Positions 29,757 to 40,197 of a stretch of 64,000 nt of DNA are shown here, one piece after another (positions within the stretch are counted from its first letter, which is position 1; the number at the start of each line of letters is the position of its first letter). Below the pieces are notes generated by a model, which was given only the letters and a program-made list of their open reading frames with translations, had not been told where the DNA came from and searched no databases. Position numbers and translations under genes: made by a program. Source of the DNA: Gammaproteobacteria bacterium (GTDB lineage Bacteria > Pseudomonadota > Gammaproteobacteria > JAJFKG01); assembly GCA_965116795.1 (NCBI GenBank), contig OZ220716.1, forward strand, positions 1,098,503 to 1,162,502. Reading direction: 5' to 3'.

Positions 29757-30140
29757 ATGAGCGCACAAGGCTTTACTGACCAGGGCTCTATTAAGCCCGA
29801 TAATTTATTTGCAGGGGAATTCCCCAGTGTACAGCGTGTTGAAACCATTACTGGTGGAACAACACTGGTGCGTGGTAGCGTACTAGGCCGTATCACTTCA
29901 TCACGGCATTACACATTAAGCCAACACAAAGCTACCGATGGCTCACAAACGCCGGTGGCTATCTTAGCTGAAGACTGTGATGCAACAACAACAGATGTCA
30001 AAGCCGTTGTCTATCACGCCGGCGAGTTCAATGCCAAGGCTCTTACCTATGGCGAGGGCCATAATGCCACATCCGTTTGGAGCAGTTGGCGTAAAAACGG
30101 CAACAACACCTTATTCTTACGCAACAATCAAGAGGCTTAA
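29757..30140 (+). CDS. Head decoration protein (gpD-like)
   Basis: GSVLGRIT...DGSQTPVAILAED...GEFN. Confidence 0.88.
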   Translation: MSAQGFTDQGSIKPDNLFAGEFPSVQRVETITGGTTLVRGSVLGRITSSRHYTLSQHKATDGSQTPVAILAEDCDATTTDVKAVVYHAGEFNAKALTYGEGHNATSVWSSWRKNGNNTLFLRNNQEA

Positions 30141-30144
30141 TCCT

Positions 30145-31176
30145 ATGGATATCTTTTCTACATTTATTTTAAATCGCACGATTGAATGTTTAGAGCGTTC
30201 ATCATCCTTTTTGTTAGATACTTTCTTTACTTCCGTGCAAATGGAAGAAAGTGCGGAAATCCACTTTGATATTAATGAATCTAAGCCTCGCTTAGCCCCA
30301 TTTGTATCACCTTTGGTCGCGGGTAAAGTGGTGGATGCACAAGGCTACAGTACTCAAAGTTTTAGACCGGCGTATGTGAAAGACAAACGCCGCTTTGATG
30401 CTAATACCCCATTAAAACGAGTTATTGGTGAAACGATTGGTGGCAGTCTTCCGGCTAACCGTCGTTTAGAAGCCGCTGTTAGCAAAGCATTACGCGACCA
30501 ATTAGAAAACTTAACCCGTCGTGAAGAAGTGATGGCAGCAGAAGTGTTAACCAAAGGCACCGTCACCGTATCTGGCGACAATTACCCAACCCAAGTGGTA
30601 GACTTCAAACGTGACCCAGGACTTACCATTAAATTAAATAACAATGACAAGTGGAGCAACCCAGAATCACCCGCCCTTGACCAATTAGAAGATTGGGCGA
30701 GCCTGATTCAAGAAAAATCTGGTGCAGTCGCTCGTCGTGTTATCTTAGACCCCAAGGCCTGGCGGTTATTACGCAAGAACAAGCAAGTTATCGGTCAACT
30801 GGAAATTCGTCGTGGTACAACGATTAACATCGATACTGACCCAATGGTACGCGGACAAGGCAATGAGAAAGCACGGTATGTTGGCTCCATTGGTGATTTT
30901 GATTTCCATGTTTACAATGACGTCTACGTTGACGATGAGAATACCGTACAACATTTGTTACCTGACCACACTGTATTACTGGTCAGTCAACAAAACTTAG
31001 AAGGCACACGGTGTTATGGCATGATACGAGATGAAAAAGCAGACTTTCGCGCGATGCGTTACTTCAGTAAAAGCTGGATGGAAGAAGACCCAGCCGTCAG
31101 ATGGTTGTTATTGCAGTCAGCCCCATTGATTATGCCCTATCGTCCGAATGCATCACTGTGTGCTTTGGTGGCATAG
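30145..31176 (+). CDS. Major capsid protein (lambda gpE family)
   Basis: FLLDTFF, LAPFVSP, RREEVMAA, QSAPL. Start reassigned to MDIFS. Confidence 0.92.
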   Translation: MDIFSTFILNRTIECLERSSSFLLDTFFTSVQMEESAEIHFDINESKPRLAPFVSPLVAGKVVDAQGYSTQSFRPAYVKDKRRFDANTPLKRVIGETIGGSLPANRRLEAAVSKALRDQLENLTRREEVMAAEVLTKGTVTVSGDNYPTQVVDFKRDPGLTIKLNNNDKWSNPESPALDQLEDWASLIQEKSGAVARRVILDPKAWRLLRKNKQVIGQLEIRRGTTINIDTDPMVRGQGNEKARYVGSIGDFDFHVYNDVYVDDENTVQHLLPDHTVLLVSQQNLEGTRCYGMIRDEKADFRAMRYFSKSWMEEDPAVRWLLLQSAPLIMPYRPNASLCALVA

Positions 31177-31177
31177 G

Positions 31178-31495
31178 ATGTTACCTGCATTTTTACAAGC
31201 CACTGACAGATTGTTTGCCCGCTTAGGGGTACAAGCTACCTATCATCCACAAGGCACAAGCAATAGCATTACCTTGCCAGTCATTTTAAAAATACCAGAC
31301 CACATTGTGGATTTCGGTGAAGCGCATTTGCATACGTCAACACAAGTGATTGATGTGAAATGCAATGATGTTAAAGAACCGAAAATAGGTGACATCATTA
31401 CCATTGATACATCATCTTATCGCATCCAAAGCGAACCGGCACGTGACTTACATGGATTAATCTGGAAAATAGACGTGATTAAAGTATGCAGTTAA
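31178..31495 (+). CDS. Head-tail joining protein (FII-like)
   Basis: Position after capsid; P.IGD.I...Y.IQSEP..D motif. Confidence 0.7.
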   Translation: MLPAFLQATDRLFARLGVQATYHPQGTSNSITLPVILKIPDHIVDFGEAHLHTSTQVIDVKCNDVKEPKIGDIITIDTSSYRIQSEPARDLHGLIWKIDVIKVCS

Positions 31496-32133
31496 AAGCG
31501 GCATTCAGTGGTCGTTTAGATAAATATCTCAAAGACAATTTAAAAGAAGCCGAGCATGCTGTCACGACTGGCATTAAAACAGCAACAAACAACTTAAAGT
31601 TGCAAATGCGTAGCCAAGTGATAGCGGCCAATTTGGGTAAACGCTTAGCCAATAGTTGGCGCGGAGATGTATACCCGAAACAAAAAACGAGTTTGAATGC
31701 AGCAGGTCATGTCTATGCACGTGCGCATAAAATTCTCACCAACTTTGAACAAGGCAGCCTCATTCGAGGACGTAAAGGATTGTGGCTCGCTATTCCCACA
31801 CCCAATGTGCCGAAACGTGTTGGCGGTAAACGCCCGATGCCAGGTGACATTGAACGTGCTTGGAATGTAAAACTACGCTTTGTATATCGCTCTAATGGTG
31901 CATCACTGCTGGTATTAGATAACCGGCGTGCCTCTTACAGTCGCAAGACAGGTCAGTTACGTGGCTTTCGTAAAGCCAGTCAATCAGCATTACGTACTGG
32001 CCGTGGATTAGCCACCGTTGTGATGTTTTGGTTAGTGCCACAAGTTAAAATGCCAAAGCGACTTAATTTCAAAACAGCAAGTGAACGTCAACAACGACAA
32101 TTACCGAAGCTCATTACCGATAACTGGAAATAA
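31486..32133 (+). CDS. Tail completion protein (DUF6441-like)
   Basis: LG.RLANSWR, WLAIPT, MFWLVPQVK. Confidence 0.7.
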   Translation: MQLKAAFSGRLDKYLKDNLKEAEHAVTTGIKTATNNLKLQMRSQVIAANLGKRLANSWRGDVYPKQKTSLNAAGHVYARAHKILTNFEQGSLIRGRKGLWLAIPTPNVPKRVGGKRPMPGDIERAWNVKLRFVYRSNGASLLVLDNRRASYSRKTGQLRGFRKASQSALRTGRGLATVVMFWLVPQVKMPKRLNFKTASERQQRQLPKLITDNWK

Positions 32134-32138
32134 TCCCC

Positions 32139-32573
32139 ATGACCAGCACCCGTGAATATGCCATTGTGACGCTCTTTGGCCAGCTTCGCTGTGCGCTTCC
32201 GGATATCACGATATTGCGCAATGTGGTCGTACCAACAACTATTCCAAGTGAAGGATTAATCATCTTGCGTGATGGCGATATGGGAGAGCCAAGTATGATT
32301 TTATCACCCCCACGATACACGTATCATCACCAGGTTGAGTTAGAGGTCATCGTGCAACGAGCAGATAGTGATGAGCGCGATCAACAATTGGATGAATTAT
32401 TAGTAACAATTGGTACAGCGTTGAAAGGTGCCACTCAATTAGATAACAGTATTGATTGGCTAACCGTAGAAAGTCCCTCGCTCTCAACAGAACCGGTTGA
32501 GGGGGCGGCTACACTTAAAGCAGCCACTGTACTCATTACATTAGAATATGTGACAGATAACCCATTATTATGA
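32139..32573 (+). CDS. Tail terminator-like protein
   Basis: LRDGDMGEP...SPP.Y.YHH; C-terminal Y.TDNPL; position before the tail tube. Confidence 0.7.
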   Translation: MTSTREYAIVTLFGQLRCALPDITILRNVVVPTTIPSEGLIILRDGDMGEPSMILSPPRYTYHHQVELEVIVQRADSDERDQQLDELLVTIGTALKGATQLDNSIDWLTVESPSLSTEPVEGAATLKAATVLITLEYVTDNPLL

Positions 32574-32651
32574 ATGACAGACTTTAGAAGTGAATATTGT
32601 TTGTTATGCATAAACAAACTCATGTCTACAGCCATATTTTATTCAAGACTA

Positions 32652-32680
32652 TTGACATCAAAATATCTTAACCTTATCCT
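32652..32680 (+). promoter_or_regulatory. Sigma70 promoter candidate for moron gene
   Basis: TTGACA-17 bp-TATCCT. Confidence 0.55.
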
Positions 32681-32902
32681 GAGCGTGCAATTGACGATAG
32701 GGAGTTATGTCATTACTACAAAAAAGGAATTGCTGTGTGCAAGCAGTCATTTCAAAATAATCTAAATACTATTTAATTAATCCTTAAACTAAAGCCCCCA
32801 AAACTTCCTAGCAGCATTGCATTAAGTTGGTATCTACATGAATATAGATACTGCAGTAACAACTAACTGCCAGCTAAGTTTGCTAGGCTAAGGATTTTTG
32901 CG

Positions 32903-34729
32903 ATGATGGGACCAAATGCTAGAAGGAGTTCACTTGGAAGCGATGCGGAGAGTGAAGCTGATTATAGAGGTGGGGGAGTTCTGAGTCCTCCCGGCACTCC
33001 TGAATCTGCCCACCATAATGGTTTCTCTGTCTTGCGGTGTACCGTGGGACCCGCTAGCCCTCCTCCTCCTCGTTCCGTTACTCCTGACCATCTTATCATG
33101 GGCGTCAATCAATACGAGGGAGGAACTCATACTCCTATTCCTTCAGATGAACTTGAATACTATAGCTCAGCTTCTTATAAAGAAGAAATTGATAATATCT
33201 ATGGCTCCTTTGTACCTAAGTCTAAAGCAATGCAAACTGCGCTGGAAAACGACAATATCAGAACAGTCCAGGTATTAATAGAAAGACACAATGGTCCATA
33301 TAATATTCTTTCATATGATATTCGTGCATGGAGTTTGATTGGTGTGTACGATAGATGCGTGTTTCCAGCAAAGGAAATTTTGCATGCTTATGGGATCATC
33401 ACTGATATCGAAAATCTACGCACTACAGCTCAAGAGACACTAGATGCCTACAGAGTAGCGCCAGATGACAATCGGCGTTATCTAAAACGGCTACTGTGGG
33501 GTGTAAGTCGCCTGCTTGAACAATGGCAGGCAGATAGTTTGAAAGATATTGCCGCTGACAAAGCATTAACCGAAACAGCGATAGCAACGCTACAAATGCA
33601 TTGGCAAGGTAGTCGAGAGATATTATCGCCTGAAGTCATCGATGCTATTACCAAAGTACGCGAACAACTTATAAAACACATATGTGAGCAATGGCAAACT
33701 AATACACTAAGCGATAGCACTTCGAATCAAGCATTTAACAGTATCATAATTGAGCATATCTGGAGACAGTGGAAACAAGGGGCGCTCTCTAGCGAGCTTG
33801 CACAAAGTATGCCAATAGAGATTGAAGACGCTATCGAAATACAGTTGCTTGCACGTTGGAAAAAACACGACTTACCCACTCGCTTTAAAGACGGTTGGAA
33901 AGCAAGATTGGTTGAGTTATTAGACAAACAATTTGAAAACCACTCGCTTGATACAAAGTTAGATGTGTTAGTTATTGCACGATTTAATAGTATTATTCAA
34001 GAAAATTATGGTGGACGCGTTCCACGTAATACTACACCAGTTTATGAGGAAGCCATCAGTCAATTAATTGATGACTGGCGTGCCGGTCACCTAGCCGAAG
34101 CACAATCTGAGAGGATAGCTATAATTGCAACAATTGTACGCAAAGAGATGGAAATTCCAAGCGATATGCGTCTACGTGTTGAAAAAGAAGCTATTGCCTC
34201 GATTGTAACTCAATTCAAAGCAGGTCAATTCCTGTCTAATCAACCTTCAAAATTGGAAATATTTACCCGCGATGTATTTGCTGTGTTTGAAGATAACTTG
34301 ATACCAGTGTGCAGTGGTGTATCAAGTTATGAGCTATACCCCCTGCAACAAAAAATTACTACTGATGCTATTAGTGCTGTATTAGCTGATTGGCGTGCAG
34401 GCAGGCTGGATAATGTTGAACAGACACAGCTGTTAACATTATTGCCCGAATGGTCAGCATTAAAAAAAGAGCTTGAGACACAAGTAAATTTGGCTAGCAA
34501 ACATGAAGCATTACAACAAAAAGATGAGCGAATTGCCGAGTTGGAGAAAGAATTGACTGAACTAAAAGCGAAATTAGTGCAGCCTGAGTCGCAACAAAGT
34601 AGTTCATCATCTAGTAGTGATGCAGAAAACATGAGCTGCATTGGTAACTTTGCAACAAGTGCCAATCATCATATAACTGACGAAAACATTATTGAGGCAC
34701 AAATCTCATCATCTTCGTCTACACCATAA
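32903..34729 (+). CDS. Moron: unknown helical-repeat/coiled-coil protein, candidate host-directed effector
   Basis: 608 aa inserted in the tail operon, with its own promoter and terminator; Ser/Pro-rich ends. Confidence 0.75.
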   Translation: MMGPNARRSSLGSDAESEADYRGGGVLSPPGTPESAHHNGFSVLRCTVGPASPPPPRSVTPDHLIMGVNQYEGGTHTPIPSDELEYYSSASYKEEIDNIYGSFVPKSKAMQTALENDNIRTVQVLIERHNGPYNILSYDIRAWSLIGVYDRCVFPAKEILHAYGIITDIENLRTTAQETLDAYRVAPDDNRRYLKRLLWGVSRLLEQWQADSLKDIAADKALTETAIATLQMHWQGSREILSPEVIDAITKVREQLIKHICEQWQTNTLSDSTSNQAFNSIIIEHIWRQWKQGALSSELAQSMPIEIEDAIEIQLLARWKKHDLPTRFKDGWKARLVELLDKQFENHSLDTKLDVLVIARFNSIIQENYGGRVPRNTTPVYEEAISQLIDDWRAGHLAEAQSERIAIIATIVRKEMEIPSDMRLRVEKEAIASIVTQFKAGQFLSNQPSKLEIFTRDVFAVFEDNLIPVCSGVSSYELYPLQQKITTDAISAVLADWRAGRLDNVEQTQLLTLLPEWSALKKELETQVNLASKHEALQQKDERIAELEKELTELKAKLVQPESQQSSSSSSSDAENMSCIGNFATSANHHITDENIIEAQISSSSSTP

Positions 34730-34759
34730 CTCAATAATTCTAACAATTTTTAGAACAAT

Positions 34760-34800
34760 GCTAACTCTCAAATTAAATTTTGGGAGTTGGCTATTTTGTT
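34760..34800 (+). terminator. Rho-independent terminator after moron
   Basis: gctaactctcaaa / ttgggagttggc stem followed by tattttgtt. Confidence 0.55.
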
Positions 34801-34836
34801 CGATTAACCCACATTGATCTTAGCAGGAGCAACCCC

Positions 34837-35907
34837 ATGGCACGCGCATATGGCTGGAACGCCAGTCTATTATTTGGTTTTGAACAAAACTACGGTATCC
34901 CACCAGAACGTGGGTACCACTTAGTCCCCTTTATTTCATCGTCACTCGACTCTGAGCAAGGTTTGATTGAGTCTAATGTATTAGGCTTAGGACGCGACCC
35001 CACAGCCCCATTTCAAGACGTTATCAACGTTGATGGCGATGTCGTTATCCCAGCGGAGCTTCGCAGTATCGGTTTGTGGTTAACGGGATTATTAGGCGAG
35101 CCAGAAACCACAAACAGTAAGAAAGCTTATCAACATGCATTTGCTTCTGGCAAAACACGTTTGCCTAGCATCAGTTTAGAAATCGGGCTACCTGATGTGC
35201 CGGATTATCCACTGTATACCGGCGCACGAGTTAACTCGATGGCGTTTAACTTTGAGCGCAGCGGTGAAGCACAAGTGACGGTGAATATGTTAGGCCAAGG
35301 TGAAACAGCGAGTCATGCAACACGTGATTTAGAGCCATCGCAATTTTCCTATACGCGGTTCTCGCAATTCCAAGGCTCGATTAAACACGCTGGGGAATTT
35401 CTAGCTGACGTTACTTCTGCATCGATTACCTATAGCAATAACTTTGAGAAAATTCAAACAATACGTGATGATGGTAAGGTCGATGGCATTGACCCAGGGA
35501 TTGCAGCGCTCTCAGGCAATATCTCCGTGCGCTACAGTAATTCAAAGCTGATGGATTTAGCTAGGGATGGCAATCCCATTGATATTGAACTGGCTTACAC
35601 TATTGATGAACACCGTAAATTAGTATTAACCGCGCACTCAGTGTATTTACCCAAAGCCAAACGCAGTATTAATGGTGCCGGTGGCATTGAAGCCTCATAC
35701 GATTTTCAAGGAGCTAAATCTGAAGAATTCAATCGGATGTTAACGGTAACACTGGTGAATGATGTCAGTGGCTATCACTTACAAGCATTACCACCCAAAC
35801 CACCCAAAACATTGCCACCGAAAAAACCACCGCAAGAGACCGAGCAACAACAGGAGGAACCTAACGATGTTGAAACTGTCACTTTCTACAAACCCCCACT
35901 GGATTGA
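34837..35907 (+). CDS. Phage tail tube protein
   Basis: MARAYG...SEQGLIES..LG.GRDP, YLPK.KRSI.G.GG; SD aggag. Confidence 0.85.
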   Translation: MARAYGWNASLLFGFEQNYGIPPERGYHLVPFISSSLDSEQGLIESNVLGLGRDPTAPFQDVINVDGDVVIPAELRSIGLWLTGLLGEPETTNSKKAYQHAFASGKTRLPSISLEIGLPDVPDYPLYTGARVNSMAFNFERSGEAQVTVNMLGQGETASHATRDLEPSQFSYTRFSQFQGSIKHAGEFLADVTSASITYSNNFEKIQTIRDDGKVDGIDPGIAALSGNISVRYSNSKLMDLARDGNPIDIELAYTIDEHRKLVLTAHSVYLPKAKRSINGAGGIEASYDFQGAKSEEFNRMLTVTLVNDVSGYHLQALPPKPPKTLPPKKPPQETEQQQEEPNDVETVTFYKPPLD

Positions 35908-36439
35908 TTTAGGCATGCAGGTGCGCGTTAAAGTGCGCCCATGCAATAGTGCTATCTTTTATCAAGCCAAAGCCTTTATGCAACATCGTTTGCAACAAAT
36001 AGGCGAAGACTACCGTATCCAAAAAGACAGTGATGCTGACATGAGCCACTTGCCCAACGTAGAAGATAGTACCACACGTGAAGCGTTAGCCGAGCAGTAC
36101 CTAACGCTGGGTTTAGCCTTGGTGGGTATCATCGAATGGGAAGGCGTATTGGACAATGATGATGATAACAAAGATGAAGATGAGATTGCACCAGTCACAG
36201 AGAACAACATCACACAGTTGTTTGAGAATTACTGGGTGATTGCTGAGACCTTTCGTCAACAATACACCGGCATGCGAGAGTTGTTGGAATCTGAAAAAAA
36301 CGAATCACGGCTCGCTTGCAATGGCACTGCAACGGCGGGTCGGAGTATTGTGCCAACTGTGTCAGACAACAGCTCCCCTGCGCACAAGGACGAGCCAGCG
36401 AAAACGGAGAAAAGTGCCCGTACATCGAAAATACATTAA
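35867..36439 (+). CDS. Tail assembly chaperone (G-like)
   Basis: Between tail tube and tape measure; I.EWEGV.D and EKN; slippery A AAA AAC at 36295-36301. Confidence 0.75.
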   Translation: MLKLSLSTNPHWIDLGMQVRVKVRPCNSAIFYQAKAFMQHRLQQIGEDYRIQKDSDADMSHLPNVEDSTTREALAEQYLTLGLALVGIIEWEGVLDNDDDNKDEDEIAPVTENNITQLFENYWVIAETFRQQYTGMRELLESEKNESRLACNGTATAGRSIVPTVSDNSSPAHKDEPAKTEKSARTSKIH

Positions 36440-36639
36440 AGACGATAGAGGGTTGGCAAGCCTGGGATGTGGCTAACAAAGTGTTAACCCAATGTCAGGA
36501 GTGCTTCCCGTTGGATGTAGCATTGCAGTTAAGTGAAAGCTTAGGTTACCATCAAGCTGCAATGGCAGAGCTGTTACCATCGGCGGCCATTGGTATCGCG
36601 CTTGCTCTCAAAGACATGCAGAAAAAATCGACTGATTAG
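36299..36639 (+). CDS. Tail assembly chaperone T segment (-1 frameshift extension)
   Basis: -1 frame continues KRITARLQWHCNGGSEYCANC... directly after the slippery heptamer. Confidence 0.65.
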
Positions 36640-36776
36640 CAATAATAACCAGCATCAGAGACAGTAGTTAATCGTATTGATGGTGTTGGTGTGATCAATG
36701 CTGCCATTTTTCCTGTAGATAGCTTAAAATGTTTTTTAATATTCAAACGGTCGATAGTGTGCAGGGGACATTTCAA

Positions 36777-37163
36777 ATGAAGAAACTCATTTACATTGTG
36801 TTAGTGATGACTGTAATTACCGCATGTTCAGATCAAACACAAACAAATGTTGATGATACGTTTCCAGAGTATGATGTTATTCCTTATTGTCTTAAATTTT
36901 CTAGCCAATTCAAAAAATATGATGTCGAGGGCGTATTTAGTGTTTCTGAGAGTACATTTACTGATTGTCTTAAAGAGGAAAAAGCCGATTATGAATGGCT
37001 AAAATCTCATTGGGATTTACTTTCTTCAAAAGCTAAGACATTTTGTAAGCAAGCAGCCGGTGAGCCTGATGAAGATTATAGCGACTTAAAAGTTTGCGCA
37101 CAAGCCGTTACATGTAAAGAAGATAATAACAACTTAGATATTTGTATCGAGCAAAAAAACTAA
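36777..37163 (+). CDS. Cys-rich lipoprotein moron
   Basis: MKKLIYIVLVMTVITAC lipobox; AT-rich; inserted before the tape measure gene. Confidence 0.7.
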   Translation: MKKLIYIVLVMTVITACSDQTQTNVDDTFPEYDVIPYCLKFSSQFKKYDVEGVFSVSESTFTDCLKEEKADYEWLKSHWDLLSSKAKTFCKQAAGEPDEDYSDLKVCAQAVTCKEDNNNLDICIEQKN

Positions 37164-37294
37164 AAGTTATTCTAGGCTGTTAATTTCTCATTTTCATGCA
37201 TAAATTAGGCAGTCATAAATCCATATTCAAACCAAATTTATCACTAATGCTACATAGCTTAGGAAATATTTATGTTTAACGTAAGGAGTACCCT

Positions 37295-40180
37295 ATGAGT
37301 AACTCTACTAACAGCAAAGTTTTATCAATTCGCTTAGCCGCGACAGGCGGTGATCAGTTACGTCGTGAGTTTGACAAGCTTGGGTCACGTGGCCAACGTG
37401 CTTTTAATAATATTAAAGAAGCCACAAAACCCGCATCAAAAGGCATCAAAGCCGTTGATGTGGCTGCGAAGTCCTTAAACCGCACCTTCAAACAAGCCGC
37501 AGGCTTGCTGGGTGCTTATACGGGCATTCGAGGACTTACACGCTCCTTTGGTTTTCTGGTCTCCACCAACCGTGAGTTTGAACGTTTACATGCGAGCTTA
37601 AAAACCGTCACCGGCTCTTTAAAAGGGGCTGATGATGCCTTTGCGATGATTGAAGACTTTGCCTCAAAGACGCCGTTTAGTGTGGAGCAGTTAACCGAAG
37701 CCTTTATCAAATTAAAAGCACTTGGCTTAGATCCCTCAGCTGATGCACTACGTTCTTACGGCAATACCGCCTCTGCGATGGGTAAGGACTTATTGTTATT
37801 TGTCGATGCGGTGGCTAATGCGACAACAGGCCGCTTCATGAACTTAAAGTCCTTTGGGATTAATGCAGAAGTGCAAGGCGATAAAGTTGCTTTTACCTTT
37901 AACAAAGTCACCACCGTTGTTAAAAAGAATGTGACTGCCATTGAAGGCTACTTGCGTAGTATTGGTAAGACCCAGTTTGCCGGTGCCATGGCCGCACAAA
38001 TGGATATTTTAGAAGGGATTTTCAGTAACATTACAGATAATGTATCCCACATTGCACGTGAAATTGGTAAGGGTGGATTTACTCTCGCGATTCACGATGT
38101 GGGGGTGAGCATAAGAGAGGCTACCGGCGATGTCGATGAGGCGGCTCATGCTGTGGGTGAAACATTAGGTAATGCGATTCGCATTAGTGCAGATGCATTC
38201 GAGTTTTTATTCCAGCATTCGAGTTTAGCAGCTAAAGGGTTAGAGTATCTCTTGGTTGCTCGCACTGCCGCCAAAGCCGTTAGCTTATTAAGAGCCGCTA
38301 TTATTGGTCATGCGGGGTTGGTAATAGGGTTACGGTCATTAGCCGGTCTGTCAGCCGGCACGGCTGCTAAGGTGGCTATACTCGAAGGTTCTACAAAATT
38401 AGCAACTGTTGCTATGCTCGACTTCAAACGTGCACTGGGATTTGTCGGTGGCCCTGTTGGTTTAGCGGCGATGGCAGGTTTGGCACTGTATAAACTGGCA
38501 GAAAGCCATGAAGCAGCTACCGTCGCGGCCAAGCGACACACTGCTGAGCTTAGCAAACTAATGGAGACATTAAAGCAAGCGGCCAATGGCACGGGGCAAC
38601 CGATGTTGGTCAATGAAGCCATCGTGCGTCTGACTGAAGAATTGAACAAATCGAAACAGCAAGCCGCCAAGCTGATGCAAGAGATTCGTTCTGTTTACCC
38701 TGGTAGTTTCTTAGACCATGTCAAAGAGTTGTTTCATTTTGATTTGATGAAAGATTTAGAACAAGTCCGTCACGCCTTTCAGACGGGTAAAAATGCTATG
38801 GACAAACATTACAAAGCCATATGGGATTTGACATCAACGCATCCAGAATTTACCAAGCAAGCTAAAGAAGTTAGCGGACAGATAAAAGCTTATAAAAAAC
38901 TACAGTCGAAAATCAAGGAAATTCAAGCTCATTTAGTTGAATTACACAATGGCACACTGAACACGAACCCAAGCAAACAGGACTTGAAACAAATCATTCC
39001 TGCGTTAGATGAGAAACAAATACAACACATCAAAGAGACGATTCAGTCATTAGAAGCACAGTCTGTGGCAATGCAACGCTTAGTGGCTGCCCGTAAACAA
39101 GGCAACGACGCAGTACAGCGTGCCTTGATATTAAACGAACAAGAAAATACATTATCCAAGCTGGGTATTGATACCAGCCAACAACAAAATGAAGAAGCCT
39201 CCAAACTTATCAAACAGACTAAAGATTTAATTCAGCAGAAATATAACCTGCAACAAGCGGATAAAGACGCCATTGAAACGGCTAAGCGTCATGCACAAAC
39301 AGTACAAACTATTACCCGCGCATTGAATGCAACCAAATCCGAAAGTGAGCAAGCCCGCATTGAAGCGGATACCTGGCGTCAGAGTGCCTTAGCGGGATTA
39401 GATAGCACACGTCAAGGCTATGCTGCCTTTGCCAGTGACATTGAAACCGTTTACCAGAACATGTTAAAGCAAGCTCGCGAGAAAGACTTGGCTAGTTCCA
39501 AACGTTGGCAAGATGGAGTGACCCGCGGACTTCGTGATGTCGTTGATGAAGCCAATGACATGGCATCGCAAGTAGAGAATGCAATTACCAATGCTTTTTC
39601 TAACATGGAGGATGCGTTAGTTGAGTTTGTAATGAAAGGCAAGCTTGATTTTAAATCACTGGCAGACTCTATCATTTCCGATATTCTTCGCATTCAAATC
39701 AAACAAAACATCACTGCGCCATTAGCGAGTGCATTAGGTTCGGTTAACTTTAGTGGTTTATTTGGTGCTGCCCATAGCGGTGGTGTCATTGGTCATGATG
39801 CGTTAACAAAACGTGCCGTCAATTCATCTGTATTTGATGGCGCCCCGAAATTTCATGGTGGTGGTGTCGTTGGTAATGAAGTACCGATTATTGCCAAAAA
39901 AGGTGAGACCGTGTTTACACCAGGGCAAATGCAATTGTTAGGAGCAGGCTTAGCTTCACGCAATGCGGCTCCCACTGTTACGGTACATGTGCATAACAAC
40001 GTTTCTGGTGTGCAAGCTAAAACGCATACAACCCAAACACCTGATGGCAATGTGCAACTGGATATTATTGTTGAACATGTTGAACAAAAGCTCGCGCGCA
40101 ATATCACACGTGGTGATGGTTTAGCACCGGTGATGGAACGGCGCTACGGTTTGAATCCAGCTAATGGCAGTTATCGCTAA
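37295..40180 (+). CDS. Tail tape measure protein
   Basis: FASKTPFSVEQL tape-measure motif; lambda-like C-terminal MEDALVEFV..GKLDFKSL; long Ala-rich helix. Confidence 0.92.
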   Translation: MSNSTNSKVLSIRLAATGGDQLRREFDKLGSRGQRAFNNIKEATKPASKGIKAVDVAAKSLNRTFKQAAGLLGAYTGIRGLTRSFGFLVSTNREFERLHASLKTVTGSLKGADDAFAMIEDFASKTPFSVEQLTEAFIKLKALGLDPSADALRSYGNTASAMGKDLLLFVDAVANATTGRFMNLKSFGINAEVQGDKVAFTFNKVTTVVKKNVTAIEGYLRSIGKTQFAGAMAAQMDILEGIFSNITDNVSHIAREIGKGGFTLAIHDVGVSIREATGDVDEAAHAVGETLGNAIRISADAFEFLFQHSSLAAKGLEYLLVARTAAKAVSLLRAAIIGHAGLVIGLRSLAGLSAGTAAKVAILEGSTKLATVAMLDFKRALGFVGGPVGLAAMAGLALYKLAESHEAATVAAKRHTAELSKLMETLKQAANGTGQPMLVNEAIVRLTEELNKSKQQAAKLMQEIRSVYPGSFLDHVKELFHFDLMKDLEQVRHAFQTGKNAMDKHYKAIWDLTSTHPEFTKQAKEVSGQIKAYKKLQSKIKEIQAHLVELHNGTLNTNPSKQDLKQIIPALDEKQIQHIKETIQSLEAQSVAMQRLVAARKQGNDAVQRALILNEQENTLSKLGIDTSQQQNEEASKLIKQTKDLIQQKYNLQQADKDAIETAKRHAQTVQTITRALNATKSESEQARIEADTWRQSALAGLDSTRQGYAAFASDIETVYQNMLKQAREKDLASSKRWQDGVTRGLRDVVDEANDMASQVENAITNAFSNMEDALVEFVMKGKLDFKSLADSIISDILRIQIKQNITAPLASALGSVNFSGLFGAAHSGGVIGHDALTKRAVNSSVFDGAPKFHGGGVVGNEVPIIAKKGETVFTPGQMQLLGAGLASRNAAPTVTVHVHNNVSGVQAKTHTTQTPDGNVQLDIIVEHVEQKLARNITRGDGLAPVMERRYGLNPANGSYR

Positions 40181-40197
40181 CAACAAAAAAGCCGAGC

